Assembly (NCBI GenBank): GCA_016867115.1
Contig: VGKG01000002.1
Span: forward strand, 70,449 to 134,448
DNA length: 64,000 nt
Source: Candidatus Omnitrophota bacterium
Lineage (GTDB): Bacteria > Omnitrophota > Gorgyraeia > Gygaellales > Profunditerraquicolaceae
Direction of reading: 5' to 3'
The position numbers were made by a program, and so were the translations under genes. Positions 9,384-16,825 of this stretch are shown here, piece by piece. Positions within the stretch are counted from its first letter, which is position 1. Each line of letters opens with the position of its first letter. The notes under the pieces were generated by a model, which was not told where the DNA came from, ran no database searches, and was given only the letters and a program-made list of their open reading frames with translations.

Positions 9384-10097
9384 ATGAAACTCGGCGTAAA
9401 CATAGACCACGTAGCGACTCTGCGGCAGGCGCGCCGCGGGGTCGAACCGGAGCCGGTACTGGCAGCATTGGTCTGCGAAGCAGCCGGCGCGGATTCGATC
9501 GTGGTACACCTGCGGGAGGACCGCCGCCATATCAGGGAGCAGGATCTCTTTCTCTTAAAGAAGGCAATTAGGACTAGGCTGAATCTTGAGATGTCTGTGT
9601 CAAAGGAGATAGTCGGTATCGCCTGTGAGGCAAGGCCCGGTCAGGCGACCCTGGTGCCGGAGAAGAGGCAGGAGCTGACTACCGAAGGCGGGCTTGACGT
9701 GACCGGGAATTTCAAAAGGATACAAAGGGCTATGGAGAGTCTGGAAAAAAACGGCATCGGAGTCAGCCTTTTTATTGATCCGGATAAAAGGCAGATAAGG
9801 GCGGCAAAAGAGCTTGGCGCGAAGATGCTTGAATTGCACACCGGCAGGTTCGCCGAGGCAAAGACCATGAAACTGCAGGACGGGTTTTTCCGCCAAATCC
9901 GGGAAGCCGCGCGCTTTGCAAAGGCCGAGGGCTTTAAAGTCTTTGCCGGCCATGGCCTGAATTATGATAATGTCGCCAGGATCGCAGGCATTAGGGAGAT
10001 CGAGGAACTGAACATAGGCTATTCTATTATCTGTCGTGCTCTCTTTGCGGGTTTAGGCAGGGCGGTGCGGGAGATGAGGGAACTGATCGGGGATTAG
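9384..10097 (+). CDS. pdxJ: Pyridoxine 5'-phosphate synthase
   Basis: LGVNIDHVATLRQAR, HLREDRRHI, TTEGG, AGHGL. Confidence 0.97.
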   Translation: MKLGVNIDHVATLRQARRGVEPEPVLAALVCEAAGADSIVVHLREDRRHIREQDLFLLKKAIRTRLNLEMSVSKEIVGIACEARPGQATLVPEKRQELTTEGGLDVTGNFKRIQRAMESLEKNGIGVSLFIDPDKRQIRAAKELGAKMLELHTGRFAEAKTMKLQDGFFRQIREAARFAKAEGFKVFAGHGLNYDNVARIAGIREIEELNIGYSIICRALFAGLGRAVREMRELIGD

Positions 10098-10098
10098 G

Positions 10099-10455
10099 AT
10101 GATTTTGGGCACGGGCGTGGATATAACCGAGGTGCGCAGGCTCCGGCAGGCGGTAGAGAAATGGGGCAGGTCGTTTTTAGATCGCGTCTTCACCCGGGAA
10201 GAGCTGGAAAACGCCAAGTCGCGCGGCAGCCTCTATCAGCACCTGGCCGGAAGGTTCGCGGCTAAGGAAGCGGTCTTCAAGGCCCTGGGTGACCCGAAAC
10301 TTACCTGGCAGGATGTCCAGGTCCTCAATGATAAAGAGGGCCGGCCTCTTTGCCGGATAAAAAAACCCGGATCCGCTAAGTTAGAGGTGCACATCTCCAT
10401 CTCGCATGTAAAAAATTATGCGGTTGCCAACGCGGTTATTATCCAGAAGGCCTAA
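10099..10455 (+). CDS. acpS: Holo-ACP synthase
   Basis: GTGVDI, AGRFAAKEAVFKA, SISH. Confidence 0.95.
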   Translation: MILGTGVDITEVRRLRQAVEKWGRSFLDRVFTREELENAKSRGSLYQHLAGRFAAKEAVFKALGDPKLTWQDVQVLNDKEGRPLCRIKKPGSAKLEVHISISHVKNYAVANAVIIQKA

Positions 10456-11284
10456 CGCGTCAAAAGGCGATTTCGGCCACATCCTGATCCTGGCGGGTTC
10501 GGCGAGATTTTCCGGGGCTGCTGCCCTTTGCGCCGAGGCGGCGCTGCGTTCCGGCAGCGGCCTGGTGACCCTTGCGCTCCCCGGCAGCCTTAATAGCGCG
10601 ATGATCAGGATAAAGTCCAAAGAGGTAATGACTCTGCCTCTGCCGGAGACAAAAGAAGGCGGGGTGAGCCTCTCAGCCTTCAAGGATCTTAAGGATTTTG
10701 CGGAAAATGCTGACATCGTGGCGCTGGGGCCCGGGCTTGGCCGCGATAAATCTACTCAGGCCCTGGTGCGTAAGATTGTATCCGGCTTAGATAAGCCTAT
10801 GGTCATTGACGCGGATGGCCTGAATGCATTAGCCGGCCGCCTGGATTTACTAAGAGCCAAGAGCCGTGAGCCAAGAGCAATACGTATATTGACCCCTCAT
10901 CCCGGAGAAATGGCCAGGCTCCTGGGTGCGACCGTAAGGAAGGTGCAGGCTGCAAGGAAAGAGATAGCCTCAGGGTTTGCCAAAGCATACAAAGTAACTC
11001 TGGTTTTAAAGGGGTTTCAAACCGTGGTTGCGGACTACCGGGGCAGAGCCTACCTAAATAAGACCGGTAACCCCGGGATGAGCACTGCGGGAAGCGGAGA
11101 TGTGCTCACCGGCATGATCGCGGCATTTGCAGGCCAGGGCCTGGATGCGTTTGATGCGGCTAAGTTTGGCGTTTATCTGCACGGCCTGGCCGGCGATTTG
11201 GCTGCTCAGGAAAAGACGCAAATTTCCTTGATTGCCTCGGATATTATTGGTAAAATCCCTGAGGCGATCAAGAGGTGCGGATAG
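10418..11284 (+). CDS. nnrD: ADP-dependent NAD(P)H-hydrate dehydratase
   Basis: KGDFG, GPGLG, IDADGL, TPHPGEM, AGSGDVL. Confidence 0.93.
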   Translation: MRLPTRLLSRRPNASKGDFGHILILAGSARFSGAAALCAEAALRSGSGLVTLALPGSLNSAMIRIKSKEVMTLPLPETKEGGVSLSAFKDLKDFAENADIVALGPGLGRDKSTQALVRKIVSGLDKPMVIDADGLNALAGRLDLLRAKSREPRAIRILTPHPGEMARLLGATVRKVQAARKEIASGFAKAYKVTLVLKGFQTVVADYRGRAYLNKTGNPGMSTAGSGDVLTGMIAAFAGQGLDAFDAAKFGVYLHGLAGDLAAQEKTQISLIASDIIGKIPEAIKRCG

Positions 11285-11292
11285 GTAGCGAC

Positions 11293-11368
11293 GCCGGCGT
11301 AGCTCAGCAGGCAGAGCAGCGGTTTTGTAAACCGCGGGTCGGGGGTTCGATTCCCTTCGCCGGCTCCA
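11293..11368 (+). tRNA. tRNA-Thr(TGT), CCA encoded
   Basis: GCCGGCG/CGCCGGC-TCCA; anticodon arm gcggt-TTTGTAA-accgc; TTCGATT T-loop. Confidence 0.95.
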
Positions 11369-11376
11369 TAAAAGCT

Positions 11377-12048
11377 ATGAACAGGAGAAAATTGGATCTG
11401 AATAGAATAAAACATCTTTATTGGGGGCGAAAGCTTAGTGTGGAAGAGACCGCCAAGAAACTAGGCATCTCCGCATGGTCTTTATATGGCTTAATGCAAA
11501 AGAATAATATTCCCCGCCGTCTGCATTCTGAGGCCGGTTATTTGGCAAATAAGAATAAGCCGGCATTTGAGATCAGGATGGATCTTGATTACGTAGACGA
11601 AAGATTAAAAATCGCCGGATGCATGCTTTATTGGGCCGAAGGTTCGTTTAGTACTAATTTTGTCGATTTTACGAATAGCAATCCCGAGATGATAAAATTG
11701 TTTTTGTGTTTTTTAAGGGAAATCTGCGGTGTAAAAGAAGAGAGGTTAAGGGTTTATTTATATGCTTATAGCGCAGAGAATCTCGAGGCAATTAAACGAT
11801 ATTGGCAAAAGATTACGGGGATACCGGGTAGGCAATTTACAAAACCTTATATAAGAAGGCCTGTTCAGAATCTTACTAAAAGAAAATTACCGCAAGGTTT
11901 AGTGCATATTCGTTATAACGATAAGCGCCTGTTGGAAATTTTGAAAATTTGGATTGAAGAATACGTTCAATGGGCAGGTACCCAAGTGGCCAAAGGGGGC
12001 AGACTGTCAAAGGGCAGCGTTCTATCGAAAGGTAGAATGGAAAAGTAG
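11377..12048 (+). CDS. HTH + LAGLIDADG-like putative homing endonuclease (223 aa), overlapping tRNA-Tyr 5' exon and intron
   Basis: N-terminal HTH (LSVEETAKKLGISAWSL); IAGCMLYWAEG helix followed by FTNSNPEMIKLFLCFL; visibly more AT-rich than flanking genes; ATG 8 nt after tRNA-Thr CCA. Confidence 0.7.
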   Translation: MNRRKLDLNRIKHLYWGRKLSVEETAKKLGISAWSLYGLMQKNNIPRRLHSEAGYLANKNKPAFEIRMDLDYVDERLKIAGCMLYWAEGSFSTNFVDFTNSNPEMIKLFLCFLREICGVKEERLRVYLYAYSAENLEAIKRYWQKITGIPGRQFTKPYIRRPVQNLTKRKLPQGLVHIRYNDKRLLEILKIWIEEYVQWAGTQVAKGGRLSKGSVLSKGRMEK

Positions 12049-12249
12049 GTGAATTCAGGGAAGCCCCGGCGCTGCCGGGGTAATCCTGAGCGAAGTTCCG
12101 AGCAAAACGAGGAAAACGTGCAGAGACTAAGCGCCTACCGCCTAAAGCTAAAAGCCAAGGCGATGAGATAGTCCAAGCCTTAAGGTAACTTAAGGGCACT
12201 TGAAATCTGCTGCACTTGTGCTTCAGAGGTTCGAATCCTCTCCTGCCCA
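11972..12249 (+). tRNA. tRNA-Tyr(GTA) split by an intron (exons 11972-12007 and 12203-12249)
   Basis: Joined exons give GGGCAGG/CCTGCCC-A acceptor, gcaga-CTGT^AAA-tctgc anticodon arm, long variable arm, agagg-TTCGAAT-cctct T-arm. Confidence 0.93.
12008..12202 (+). ncRNA. Group I self-splicing intron, 195 nt (compact, IC3-like)
   Basis: P1 ctgt/gcag with U.G at the splice site; P2 with GAAA loop; P3 gtaggtg/cgcctac; P4 ttcagg/cctgag; P7 gagacta/tagtcc; P9 with GTAA loop; terminal G. Confidence 0.92.
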
Positions 12250-12256
12250 TTTTGAA

Positions 12257-12611
12257 AATCCCGACAAGGGATTTTCAAAATGCACAAAGTGAGCGTTAAA
12301 AGCCCCGACAAGGGGCTTAGCGAACGGCGTGCGTACATCAAATATAATCCCGACAAGGGATTTTCAAAATGCACAAAGTGAGCGTTAAAAGCCCCGACAA
12401 GGGGCTTAGCGAACGGCGTGCGTACATCAAATATAATCCCGACAAGGGATTTTCAAAATGCACAGAGTGAGCGTTAAACGGCCCGACAAGGGGCTTAGCG
12501 AACGGCGTGCGTACATCAAATATAATCCCGACAAGGGATTTTCAAAATGCACAAAGTGAGCGTTAAAAGCCCCGACAAGGGGCTTAGCGAACGGCGTGCG
12601 TACATCAAATA
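12257..12611 (+). repeat. Tandem array of 4 x 89-bp units, each with two CCC-GACAA-GGG hairpins
   Basis: Units start at 12257, 12346, 12435 and 12524; near identical, with unit 3 carrying a few substitutions. Confidence 0.95.
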
Positions 12612-12621
12612 GGAGGTTCCT

Positions 12622-13527
12622 ATGTCAAAAAAGAAGGTCATTATCTGGGTCATCGTAGCAATAGTTTTAGTTGTCCTGGGATTGTCTATCCTGGTCGCCG
12701 CTTTTGCGCCGAGCTTAAGGATGGGGTCTGCCGCAAGATATAAAGCTGACGCGGATTATTATGGCGAACAGTATTCACTTGCTCCCGAGTCTGCTGTCGG
12801 AGGGGCGCAGTACATGGCGCCGGCAAAGGCGATGGCCAAGCAGGCTCAGGCAGCGCCCTCGGTAAGAAAGCTTATCCGCAGGGCAGAATTGGATCTTGAA
12901 GTAAAATACTGCGATGAGACAGCAAAGAAGATAACTGATCTGGTCAACAGTTATTCCGGGATCATTATTGATGCCCAGATCCAGAAAGCGCCCAATGAAG
13001 CAAAGAGGGGCCAGACTATCCTGAAGGTCCTGCCCAAGGATTTTGATACGGTGCTGTTGAAATTAAAGGAGTTGGGAAAGGTGAACTCAGAGAGGGTCAC
13101 CGCAGAAGACGTCACCGAAGAATACGTAGACCTGGAGGCAAGGCTCAAGAATGCCAAGGCGGTTAAAGACAGGCTTATGGCGATCCTGCAGGATAAGGCG
13201 CGCACGGTCAAGGACATCCTGGAAGTCGAGCGGGAATTATACCGGGTAGGCGAGGAAATAGAGCGGATCGAGGGCAGGATGAAGTTCCTTGACCGCCAGG
13301 TGGATCTGGCTACCATTACCGTTAACTACTACGAACCGAAGGCTATAGCGCCGGAACCTTTGAATGTTTTTGAGCGGTTCAAGAAGACCGTCCGCCTCTC
13401 TATTGAGGTTTTTATCAACGTTTTCAATGCCGCGATCGTAGTCATTTTTGCCCTTATCCCGGTCTTCTTGTGGCTGGGCATCATCGTGGCGGTCGTGGTG
13501 TTGGTCAGGAAGTTCTTCAGAAAATAG
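12622..13527 (+). CDS. DUF4349 domain membrane protein
   Basis: RKLIRRAELDLEV, EDVTEEYVDLEARL, VERELYRVGEEIERIEG, VDLATI; N- and C-terminal TM. Confidence 0.85.
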   Translation: MSKKKVIIWVIVAIVLVVLGLSILVAAFAPSLRMGSAARYKADADYYGEQYSLAPESAVGGAQYMAPAKAMAKQAQAAPSVRKLIRRAELDLEVKYCDETAKKITDLVNSYSGIIIDAQIQKAPNEAKRGQTILKVLPKDFDTVLLKLKELGKVNSERVTAEDVTEEYVDLEARLKNAKAVKDRLMAILQDKARTVKDILEVERELYRVGEEIERIEGRMKFLDRQVDLATITVNYYEPKAIAPEPLNVFERFKKTVRLSIEVFINVFNAAIVVIFALIPVFLWLGIIVAVVVLVRKFFRK

Positions 13528-13538
13528 AGTAGTGCCGC

Positions 13539-13609
13539 GCGGGTGTAGTTCAATGGCAGAACAATAGCCTTCCAAGCTATATATGTCGGTTCGATTCCGA
13601 TCACCCGCT
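13539..13609 (+). tRNA. tRNA-Gly(TCC), CCA not encoded
   Basis: GCGGGTG/CACCCGC-T; anticodon arm atagc-CTTCCAA-gctat. Confidence 0.95.
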
Positions 13610-13610
13610 T

Positions 13611-13698
13611 AAATGAGCAGACACTTTACGGAGCGAGAAAAAGGAGCGAACGTAAAGTGTAGCCAAGTCGATTATTCACTGTTGGCGTCTGCGAATTT
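13611..13698 (+). other. Branched palindromic element after tRNA-Gly
   Basis: Outer aaat-GA-gcagac/gtctgc-GA-attt; inner acactttacg/cgtaaagtgt. Confidence 0.55.
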
Positions 13699-13738
13699 AC
13701 ATCGCCATAGCTTACTAGAGGCGATGGACTAAGTAATT

Positions 13739-14491
13739 ATGAAAAATCGCGAATTCTTAGAGCCCGTTTTCATCGATGCCTTTGACCTGGACGATGCCTG
13801 GTTTCAGTGCCTATCGGCGATCCTGGAAAAAGGGCATGTCTACACTATCACCAAAGGCAGCTATGAAGGCCAGAAACGCCTGGAATTCGATTTCGTAGCG
13901 GTGCGCGTGAAAAAGCCGTCGCATCAGATCATACCCATAATCCCGGAAGGGATGAGCATCCCGGCGCCGACGGACATGGATTACATCCAGGGCTACCTAG
14001 GGTATCTGTTGACCGGGGCCAAGACCGAGACAGAAGACTATACTTACGGAGAAAGGCTGGTCGACCCCAAGGTCAGGATAAAGCAGGCGGAGGACGGCAA
14101 AGACCTGGTCAGGGAGATGCCGCTTCAGGTGAATCAGGTCGAAGAGGTGATCAGGCTTTATAAAGAGAAGGGGCACGGCACTAATCAGGCGACGATGGAG
14201 ATCGGGATGCCTTCGGATATTAAGCTGGTAGATCCTCCGTGTCTGCGCATCATCGATACCCGCGTGCGTTACGGAAAGTTGCATTTTATTCTTTATTTCC
14301 GTTCTTGGGACCTGTGGGGCGGATTTCCCTCAAACCTTGGCGGATTGCAGTTGGTAAAGCAATACATGGCGGATGAGATCGGCGTGGAGGACGGCGAGAT
14401 CGTCGCCGTCAGCAAGGGCTTGCACCTCTATGATTATTCCTGGGAACTGGCGAAACTGCGCACTAATAAGATGCACCTCAAGATTCAATGA
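13739..14491 (+). CDS. thyA: Thymidylate synthase family (short, archaeal-like)
   Basis: YTYGERL, PPCL catalytic Cys, FRSWD, SNL, HLY. Confidence 0.8.
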   Translation: MKNREFLEPVFIDAFDLDDAWFQCLSAILEKGHVYTITKGSYEGQKRLEFDFVAVRVKKPSHQIIPIIPEGMSIPAPTDMDYIQGYLGYLLTGAKTETEDYTYGERLVDPKVRIKQAEDGKDLVREMPLQVNQVEEVIRLYKEKGHGTNQATMEIGMPSDIKLVDPPCLRIIDTRVRYGKLHFILYFRSWDLWGGFPSNLGGLQLVKQYMADEIGVEDGEIVAVSKGLHLYDYSWELAKLRTNKMHLKIQ

Positions 14492-14892
14492 GAAGCCTGT
14501 CCTTTAAGGGTAAAGAGCGCAGGCGGTTCGAGAGGCTGGAGCATGTCAGGCCGCTGGCTTTTAAGGTCTGCAAGAGAAAGACCGTCTCCAGGATCTTGAG
14601 GGGCTATACCTCGAATATCAGCCAGTCAGGGTTGCTTTGCAACATCAGGGATAGGGTGCGCAAAGACGATATCCTCTGGCTTTCTTTTGACCGTGCCACT
14701 CTGGAGTTCTGCGGAGGCCTTGAGAAGAAGGCGTTGATTTATCAAAACGGCATTATTGCAAAGGTGATCAGAAGCGTAAAAAAGCCGGACGGCAGTTCGG
14801 ACGTGGGGTTGCATTTTATTACGCGGGAAGAGAAGAACCTCTCGCATATTTATCCGCGGGTGAAGTTTACGGTAAGGCCTAAAAATGTCTAG
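14488..14892 (+). CDS. PilZ domain protein
   Basis: ERRRFER and NISQSG motifs. Confidence 0.8.
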   Translation: MRSLSFKGKERRRFERLEHVRPLAFKVCKRKTVSRILRGYTSNISQSGLLCNIRDRVRKDDILWLSFDRATLEFCGGLEKKALIYQNGIIAKVIRSVKKPDGSSDVGLHFITREEKNLSHIYPRVKFTVRPKNV

Positions 14893-15883
14893 ATCCGGTA
14901 TCGCTATACTCGGGGACGGCGGCTGGGGCACAACGCTGGCCCTGCTGCTGCATAAAAAAAAATTCAGCCTGACTCTCTGGAGCGCGTTCAAAGATTACTC
15001 CCGTTATCTTGACAGGGCAAGAGTAAATAAAAAGTTTTTGCCGGGGATAAAGATCCCCCGCGGCATCAGCATTACCGACGACCTTCAGGCAGCGGTCTCA
15101 GGCAAGGATCTGATTGTCCTGGCTGTGCCTGCGCAGTACATCCGTTCAGTCCTGAAGAGAATCAAGCCCGGAGATCACCTGCGGGATGCCTCATTTTTGA
15201 GCGTAAGCAAGGGGATCGAGGTGGGCACCCTGAGGCGCGTCTCCCAGATAGTCCATGAGGAACTGGGCAATGTGCGGCTGGCTGTCTTGTCCGGGCCTAC
15301 GATCGCCCACGAGGTCGCCCTGGGTATCCCCACTACAGCGGTGATCGCTGCGGCTGATCCGTGTTTAAGAAGGCACCTTCAGGGGGTCTTCATGGCCGAA
15401 AGATTCAGGGTCTATACCAATGAGGACGTCGTGGGGGTGGAGCTGGGCGGCAGCCTTAAGAACGTGATCGCCATCGCCTGCGGCATCTCAGACGGGCTGA
15501 AGTTCGGCACTAATGCCAAGGCTGCCATCCTTTCGCGCGGCCTGGTTGAGATCTCCCGTCTTGGCCATGCCATGGGCGCTAAGGTGAGCACCTTTTACGG
15601 AATAAGCGGGTTGGGGGATCTGGTGACTACCTGTATCAGCCCTTACAGCAGGAACAGGTTTGTCGGAGAGCAGGTCGGCCGCGGCAAGGCTTTGAAAGAG
15701 GTTCAGCTGCATATGCAGATGGTGGCAGAAGGTATCCCCACCACAAAATCCGCCTATTCTTTAAGCCTGAAATATAAAGTTGATATGCCGATCACCCGGG
15801 AAGTCTACCAAGTTCTTTATAAGAATAAGCCCCCCCTCAAGGCGGTAAAGGACCTGATGACCAGGGAGGGGAAAGAGGAATAG
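14885..15883 (+). CDS. gpsA: NAD(P)H-dependent glycerol-3-phosphate dehydrogenase
   Basis: GDGGWGT, SKGIE, LSGP, LKNVIAI, GLGDLVTTC, SRN. Confidence 0.96.
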   Translation: MSRSGIAILGDGGWGTTLALLLHKKKFSLTLWSAFKDYSRYLDRARVNKKFLPGIKIPRGISITDDLQAAVSGKDLIVLAVPAQYIRSVLKRIKPGDHLRDASFLSVSKGIEVGTLRRVSQIVHEELGNVRLAVLSGPTIAHEVALGIPTTAVIAAADPCLRRHLQGVFMAERFRVYTNEDVVGVELGGSLKNVIAIACGISDGLKFGTNAKAAILSRGLVEISRLGHAMGAKVSTFYGISGLGDLVTTCISPYSRNRFVGEQVGRGKALKEVQLHMQMVAEGIPTTKSAYSLSLKYKVDMPITREVYQVLYKNKPPLKAVKDLMTREGKEE

Positions 15884-15895
15884 GGATATAAGTTT

Positions 15896-15970
15896 CGGGG
15901 CGTGGCTCAGTTTGGCTAGAGCGCTTGAATGGGGTTCAAGAGGTCGACAGTTCAAGTCTGTCCGCCCCGA
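15896..15970 (+). tRNA. tRNA-Pro(GGG), CCA not encoded
   Basis: CGGGGCG/CGCCCCG-A; anticodon arm cttga-ATGGGGT-tcaag. Confidence 0.95.
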
Positions 15971-15981
15971 TAAAATATAAA

Positions 15982-16078
15982 AAGAGGTCGACAGTTTCCC
16001 GCCAAGCGATTAAAATGAGGGCGGGATCCCGCCCAAGATTCAATTGGCTTGGCGGGACAAGTCCCACCTCCCCGACCA
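15982..16078 (+). pseudogene. Duplicated tRNA-Pro 3' half interrupted by a 61-bp palindromic element (15997-16057)
   Basis: aagaggtcgacagtt (=15938-15952) + tcccgccaagc...gcttggcggga + caagtcccacctccccgacca. Confidence 0.7.
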
Positions 16079-16097
16079 CTTCTAAAAGAGGCGCAAT

Positions 16098-16472
16098 ATG
16101 TCGGAAGAAAAAAGAGAAGCTGTGCGCATCAAGAAAGCCATGGTAGTGATGTACAGCCGGGATAATAAGGCCTGGGACACCACGCTCTTAAGGGACATCA
16201 GCGAGAAGGGCCTGCAAATCACCGTTAAAGAAGAGATCGCCGAAAATGAGACGCTGTATCTGATGTTGAAGATCCCTTTCCGGCCGTTTGAGTGGCTGGA
16301 GTTCTCAGGCAGGGTCAGGAAGGCGCTGCATTTACTTACGGCAAAGGAGGATTCGGTTGCCGGCTCCTATATCGTACATATAGAGTTTGAAGGACTCAAA
16401 TCCGAATATAAAAAATTGATCCAAGAATACGTCGCTTGGTACATAAATAGTGCAAAAGGAGGCCAGAGATGA
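16098..16472 (+). CDS. PilZ domain protein
   Basis: KREAVR and DISEKG motifs. Confidence 0.75.
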   Translation: MSEEKREAVRIKKAMVVMYSRDNKAWDTTLLRDISEKGLQITVKEEIAENETLYLMLKIPFRPFEWLEFSGRVRKALHLLTAKEDSVAGSYIVHIEFEGLKSEYKKLIQEYVAWYINSAKGGQR

Positions 16473-16822
16473 ATTATACCGGAGCGGAAAAACGCAAACA
16501 TCCTCGTGTGCCGGGGCGTTTTATCGTCTCATACCGCGTTCTTGAAGAGAACGAAAAGACCGATATCTCCCAGACGAAGAATGTCAGCCTGGGGGGAATG
16601 CTCCTGACTACTAACCGCCGGTTCGAAGCGGGAACCAACCTTGCCCTGCAGATAAGGCTCCCCTTTGACCCGAATCCCCTGATGCTAATCGGAAAAGTGG
16701 TCGAATCAAAAGAGATCACCAAGAACCTTATTTACGATACCCGGATCGCGTTCCTGGCGGTTGACGAGAAGCACAGGAAGGTTATTTCTGCAACGGTAGA
16801 TTTTTACATGAAACGAGGCTAA
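16469..16822 (+). CDS. PilZ domain protein
   Basis: EKRKHPR and NVSLGG motifs. Confidence 0.85.
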   Translation: MNYTGAEKRKHPRVPGRFIVSYRVLEENEKTDISQTKNVSLGGMLLTTNRRFEAGTNLALQIRLPFDPNPLMLIGKVVESKEITKNLIYDTRIAFLAVDEKHRKVISATVDFYMKRG

Positions 16823-16825
16823 CTT

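Noticed and set aside
11275-11376. ORF-track start of the 257-aa ORF at 11275
   Set aside because: It would translate through tRNA-Thr; ATG 11377 is the plausible start
12257-12611. CRISPR array
   Set aside because: Units are near-identical over their full length, with no unique spacers and no cas genes in the window
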